Assembly: GCA_040954595.2 (NCBI GenBank)
Contig: CM082578.2
Location: 2,648,831-2,712,830, forward strand
Direction: 5' to 3'
Source: Balanoglossus misakiensis
Lineage: Eukaryota; Animalia; Hemichordata
Length of the DNA: 64,000 nucleotides
Part shown: positions 59,488 through 64,000 of the stretch, one piece after another
Numbering within the stretch: the stretch's first letter is position 1
Layout: each line of letters opens with the position of its first letter
Translations under genes and position numbers: made by a program
Notes under the pieces: model-generated
Told to the model about the DNA's origin: nothing
Databases searched by the model: none
The model's input: only the letters and a program-made list of their open reading frames with translations

Positions 59488-62409
59488 TTAATCTATGCTC
59501 AACAGATACATTTTCAGAGAGCTTTTAAATAAATTCCTTGATTGAATTGATTTTATTTGTGTAGGAATTTCATTCCAATGCTTGGCAATAGAATAGTACA
59601 AATTATTTTGAGATGAAGTAAGTTTTACTTTGGGAAGCGTAAACTTATCAGTAGAGGCAAATCTTGTAAAATATTTGTGTGATACAAATGAAGCATAGCG
59701 ATCTAGTGAGTGGGCGTAATACCCTGCCTTTAAATCATACGCAAAAACACAAGTTTGAAATTTACAGAGTTTGTAAACATTAAGAATTCCAAGTTGCTGA
59801 AAAAGTGGTGCACTATGTGTATTGGGGCTAGAAAATGTTATAAGTCTTACAAGTCTCTTTTGCAATTTGAAAATACAATCTAAATAGGTTTTATACGCAT
59901 TTCCCCATATTTCGATACAATACATTATATGGGGAAGGATAAGACAATTGTATAATAATAAAATTATAGACTTAGGGAGATAATGGCGTACATATGAAAT
60001 AATACCGATTTTTTGGCTAACCTTCTTAAAAATAATGTTGATGTGAGACTTCCAGGATAATGATGAGTCAAGAGTAACTCCAAGATAAACAGCAGATGAA
60101 ACATTATGTAATGGTAAATCAGAGACATATAAATCCCCTTCAGGCTTAAACTTCGCCTGGGCTGTTTTGAAAATAACATAGTTTGTTTTGTCAATATTAA
60201 TAGTAAGTTTATTTGACTTACACCAGGTCTGTACTTTAGTTAGCTCAACATTCAGAGTGGCAAGATCGATTTTGTCCTGCTTATCTGAACAAAATAAATT
60301 GGTATCGTCAGCAAATAACCTGAATTGAAAATAGTCTGAGGAACTGCAGATATCATTTATATATACTAAAAAAAGAAGTGGACCTAGAATTGATCCCTGT
60401 GGAATCCCACAGGAGATCCTTTTCGCTTTTGAAGTGCAATTATTGACCTTGACATACTGCTGTCGGTCTTCTATATAAGTCTTAAACCAATTAAGTGTGG
60501 ATCCCCTAATCCCATAGTGGCATAGCTTAGCTAACAAAATTGTGTGGTTAATCGTATCAAATGCCTTTTTAAAATCAATAAAGATACCAAAGGTAACAAG
60601 ACCGTTATCAATGTGCTTTGATATTTCAGTTGTGAGATCTGCTAAAGCTAACTTAGTACTATATTTCTTACGAAATCCATATTGGCTGTTAGTGAGAATA
60701 TCAAATTTTTCGAAAAAAGAACACAGTTGCTTATTTACAATAGACTCATACAGCTTACTAAAGATTGGCAAGACAGAGATAGGTTTGTAATTTCCTATTT
60801 CATGAACACAGCCCTTTTTAAAAATTGGTGTTACTCTTGCCATTTTCAGTTTCTCTGGAAAAATACCCTGTGACAAGGAAATATTAACAATATGAGCAAA
60901 TGGTTCTGTAATATAATCAGCTGCTTCCTTTACAAGTTTTGGATATATTTCATCAAAACCAGCAGCTTTACAATGGTCTAATAAATTAATTTCTCTGAGT
61001 ATATCACCAGAATGCACAGGATGGAAAAAGAAAGAATTAAAATGACGAATACCAAGGTAATCATTGAAATTAGTGCTACAATGTATTTGTGATGCTAGAT
61101 TTTGTCCAATGTTGACAAAAAAAGAATTAAAAGCGTCAGCTATATCAATATTTTTAGTAACAAAATTCCCAGGGTTTTTGTCATCTTTTATTTTTTGTGG
61201 AGCATTAACCTTTGAATTTTTGTTCAGGATTTCATTGATGACTTGCCATTTTTTGTGGTCCTTCCCAGAGGCTACAGACAGTTGCAGTTTATCACAAAAA
61301 TACTTCTTTTTTGCTCGTCGCATCAGCTTTGTTAACAGGTTGCGATAAAGTTTGTACTCTTGATGAATAGATGAGCTTGCAGAATGGCGTTTTGTTTTGG
61401 AGAACATCTTATGCTTGTTTTTGATTGAGACCAGAAGTCCTTTTGTGATCCATGGTTTCCGTAGGCGCTTACGCTGGTTTGAACACCGTTTGACTGGCAC
61501 GTGTCTTGTTGCCATATCATGAAACAATTTGTAAAAGGTATTATAGGCAACATTCGGATCATTAGAGTCGTAAACATCCTGCCAAGAAATATTTGCAAAG
61601 TCATTTTTATAAGAAACTGGATCAAATGAAGAAAAATCACACTTGAAATCAGTTGTTTCAACATTGAATACATGGCGTAAATCCTGAAAGATGGCAAAGA
61701 TGGGATAATGGTCACTTATATCAGTCTGTACTGTCCCACTTTCAATGAACTGGTCACGAAAATTTACATGACAATGATCTATTAATGTGGAGGTGTGAGT
61801 AGTTATTCTGGTCGGTACATCCATGATTTGATAAAAATTATTACCACTAAGAGTAGCGATATATTCATTAAAGACAGTGTTATCGCCATCTATATTTATA
61901 TTGAAATCCCCTAGTAAAATGCATTTTTTGTTGGTAATGCGTAGATTATCAAGACAATCTGATAAACTGGTTAAAAATTCCTGAGTAGGTGTATTTGGTC
62001 TGCGATATAAGACACCTATGATGACCTTGCTTTTTTCAAGTAGGATTTCAACAAAAAGACATTCGCAATGTTGGAGAACAACTGAGTCTATTATAGAGTA
62101 TGATAACGACTCGTGTAAATAGAGACCAACACCTCCTCCTCTGGAAACAGCTCTACATTTATGAACAAAGTTGTATGAAGGGAGGTTATATAATGATGCA
62201 TCAACACCTGGGTCTAGCCATGTTTCACTGAGGGCAATGACAGAAAATTTGCATTTCAATAGCGACAGAACAACTGACAAGTCATCAAAGTGACGTCTGA
62301 TCGATCTAATATTCAAATGAAGAGTTGAAAATGACTGCAGAGTCAGAAGGGAATCGTTTGCATTAAATTCGTCCAAAGTATAAGACTTACAATTATAGTT
62401 ACTTTGCAA
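59488..62409 (-). CDS. LINE ORF2: apurinic-like endonuclease + reverse transcriptase
   Basis: HLNIRS, LSETWL, GGGVGLY, LGDFNI, TLIDH, ISDHYPI (APE); NYKPISVLP, QYGFRK, FIDFKKAFDTINH, GIPQGSILGPLLFLVYIND, FADD (RT); 973 codons open. Confidence 0.97.
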   Translation of the reverse strand: MQSNYNCKSYTLDEFNANDSLLTLQSFSTLHLNIRSIRRHFDDLSVVLSLLKCKFSVIALSETWLDPGVDASLYNLPSYNFVHKCRAVSRGGGVGLYLHESLSYSIIDSVVLQHCECLFVEILLEKSKVIIGVLYRRPNTPTQEFLTSLSDCLDNLRITNKKCILLGDFNINIDGDNTVFNEYIATLSGNNFYQIMDVPTRITTHTSTLIDHCHVNFRDQFIESGTVQTDISDHYPIFAIFQDLRHVFNVETTDFKCDFSSFDPVSYKNDFANISWQDVYDSNDPNVAYNTFYKLFHDMATRHVPVKRCSNQRKRLRKPWITKGLLVSIKNKHKMFSKTKRHSASSSIHQEYKLYRNLLTKLMRRAKKKYFCDKLQLSVASGKDHKKWQVINEILNKNSKVNAPQKIKDDKNPGNFVTKNIDIADAFNSFFVNIGQNLASQIHCSTNFNDYLGIRHFNSFFFHPVHSGDILREINLLDHCKAAGFDEIYPKLVKEAADYITEPFAHIVNISLSQGIFPEKLKMARVTPIFKKGCVHEIGNYKPISVLPIFSKLYESIVNKQLCSFFEKFDILTNSQYGFRKKYSTKLALADLTTEISKHIDNGLVTFGIFIDFKKAFDTINHTILLAKLCHYGIRGSTLNWFKTYIEDRQQYVKVNNCTSKAKRISCGIPQGSILGPLLFLVYINDICSSSDYFQFRLFADDTNLFCSDKQDKIDLATLNVELTKVQTWCKSNKLTINIDKTNYVIFKTAQAKFKPEGDLYVSDLPLHNVSSAVYLGVTLDSSLSWKSHINIIFKKVSQKIGIISYVRHYLPKSIILLLYNCLILPHIMYCIEIWGNAYKTYLDCIFKLQKRLVRLITFSSPNTHSAPLFQQLGILNVYKLCKFQTCVFAYDLKAGYYAHSLDRYASFVSHKYFTRFASTDKFTLPKVKLTSSQNNLYYSIAKHWNEIPTQIKSIQSRNLFKSSLKMYLLSID

Positions 62410-62476
62410 GAAGTGGTCTGTGGTTTCGCCGATGATGAGTTTGCTTGTACACTATGATGTAGTAGTTAAAGGACGC

Positions 62477-63382
62477 CTAGCAGATTTTGGCGAGACTTTC
62501 CTCATTCGGAATGTAGACAGTTGGTGACCCGTCGACTTTCTTTGTCAGGATTTTTCCGTATTGCGTCCACAAGTATTTCCATCCATATTCTTTTCTTCTG
62601 GCATTTACCTTTGTGAATAAAGATCTTCGTCCTGGTGTCAGATTTTCGTTGATGTATATCTTGTTTTCTACTTGGTAGCCAATGTCCGATGTTTTGAAGC
62701 GAGACATATTTTTGCGTTGCTTGTAGACCGCGTCACGAATTTTTCTTCTGGTGAAACGCACAATGATTGGGGCAGGAAACCGGGTATTGGTACCGTGGTC
62801 AATGTGTTCATTGCCGAGTGCTTGACGTTTCTTGATTCGATGTGACACGTCGATATCTGAACTGGTTATGTCTTTTTCTATGAGTTGGATGACTTTCAGG
62901 GCTACTGTATCAGTATTTTCATTTGGCAATTCTGGTATGCCTCTTATTTCAAGATTTTCACGCCTTATATATTGGTCCATTTCATCTTGGCTGCGGTCTA
63001 GACCGAATAGGCTTGTTTTGAGTAATTCGTTGTCTTCACGAAGACGACGATTTGTAGCATCAATTTCCTCCATTTTTTTCTTATTTTCTTCATACATGGC
63101 ATTAATGAAGGTCAGTGACTTATCTACCTGCTGTAGGTGCGCTTCCAGTCTGTCAATTTTGTTCAGCTTTTCGTTGATACTTCGTATTTCTTGTAGAATA
63201 TGTAGAATATTGTCCTCCTCGCGACCGCTCTTAGAATCAGCCTTGGGTTCAGCCTCTGATGCCACGTCACTGGTCTGGCCACTCTGACTGGGAAAACGTT
63301 TCAGCTTGCATTTGTTGCACAGTTGTAAGTCCCCTTGGCACAATTGTACTCCCCTGTTAGTTTTGCAGTCATTGCACTTCAT
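62477..63382 (-). CDS. LINE ORF1 (Cys-rich N-terminus, coiled coil, RRM-like and C-terminal domains)
   Basis: ATG at 63382; CNDC...LCNKC; DQYIRRENLEIRGIPE, DIDVSHR, PIIVRF, IYINENLT, WKYLWTQYGKI. Confidence 0.9.
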   Translation of the reverse strand: MKCNDCKTNRGVQLCQGDLQLCNKCKLKRFPSQSGQTSDVASEAEPKADSKSGREEDNILHILQEIRSINEKLNKIDRLEAHLQQVDKSLTFINAMYEENKKKMEEIDATNRRLREDNELLKTSLFGLDRSQDEMDQYIRRENLEIRGIPELPNENTDTVALKVIQLIEKDITSSDIDVSHRIKKRQALGNEHIDHGTNTRFPAPIIVRFTRRKIRDAVYKQRKNMSRFKTSDIGYQVENKIYINENLTPGRRSLFTKVNARRKEYGWKYLWTQYGKILTKKVDGSPTVYIPNEESLAKIC

Positions 63383-64000
63383 CGTTTTCCTTAACGTATT
63401 GTACGGGCACAAATTGACAGGATATTTCCAATTGTTCAGGGAGCCGATGCACCACGCTGTCGTGGCTTTCAAGATGGCGACTAACTGACCGCTCGGTCAA
63501 AATGACGTCATTACCCCTACAATCCAAAGCAAACCATACTCATGTTTACGGAATTGCTTGCACGCACAGTACGTATACCACCAGATTTGAGGAAAACAGA
63601 ACAGAGAGTGGATAATTTATAAAGTCACAGCACATTTACGACAATTTTGAACTTTCAAGGACATGATGAAGCCATACATTCTATGTCTTGACTGTGCCCT
63701 AGAGATTCGATGCGAACCAAAACAAACAAGATGGCCGCCAAAGGCTATATCGATAATGTTAACGACTGAATCGAAATGGGTATGCAATCTCAACGAAATA
63801 TTCCAATTGGAATAAACGAAATAGCCCATGCAATACAAAAAGGTGTAAAATATCTAAATATATTTAAAAAAAACAGAAATGCGACCATCAGGGTTGAATT
63901 CTAGGGGTTCAAAATTCGACGCTATTTGAATCCGGACTTTTAGTTAACCACCCAAGAAACAATGGTAGAGTGTCGCAAGCCCAACAGACTATGACCGTGC

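Larger units (their letters stand above)
59264..63487 (-). mobile_element. Full-length CR1/L2-group LINE (Crack/Daphne-like)
   Basis: Two open ORFs; 5' GCCATCTT motif near 63472-63480; 3' stem-loop at 59327-59371; AATAAA followed by a (CTAT)n tail at 59264-59287; no TSD seen. Confidence 0.92.

Noticed and set aside
62832-63287. 151-aa plus-strand ORF as an antisense ORF0-like gene
   Set aside because: It is the antisense frame of the ORF1 coiled-coil region, with a non-ATG start and no independent support.

Overview
Intron-containing, AT-rich animal genomic DNA, most likely an invertebrate (deuterostome affinity is only an inference from gene and repeat content). No prokaryotic features, CRISPR arrays, rRNA or tRNA were seen. 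One gene looks complete: TMEM220 (6 exons, 25712-28451, +). The rest is a mosaic of orphan or disabled gene pieces: a C2H2 zinc-finger pseudogene, two copies of the INTS1 3' end, a p40phox/NCF4-like PX-SH3-PB1 gene missing exons, exon 1 of an SLC16/MCT transporter, the last four exons of a TPR protein, and three decayed paralogs of an unrecognised secreted Cys-containing protein. Mobile DNA is dense: a frameshifted Ngaro-type tyrosine-recombinase retrotransposon with a SAM-like Gag, an apparently intact CR1/L2-group LINE, a 10.8-kb Academ element holding a CACTA element with a BEN-domain ORF, a four-level Harbinger/Kolobok/foldback nest and many MITEs. The most unusual structure is a satellite at 20.7-23.1 kb whose 15 units are each an exon plus a canonical 79-nt intron, with 14 of 15 exons frame-preserving. 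All family assignments come from motif recognition by eye; no database searches were run.
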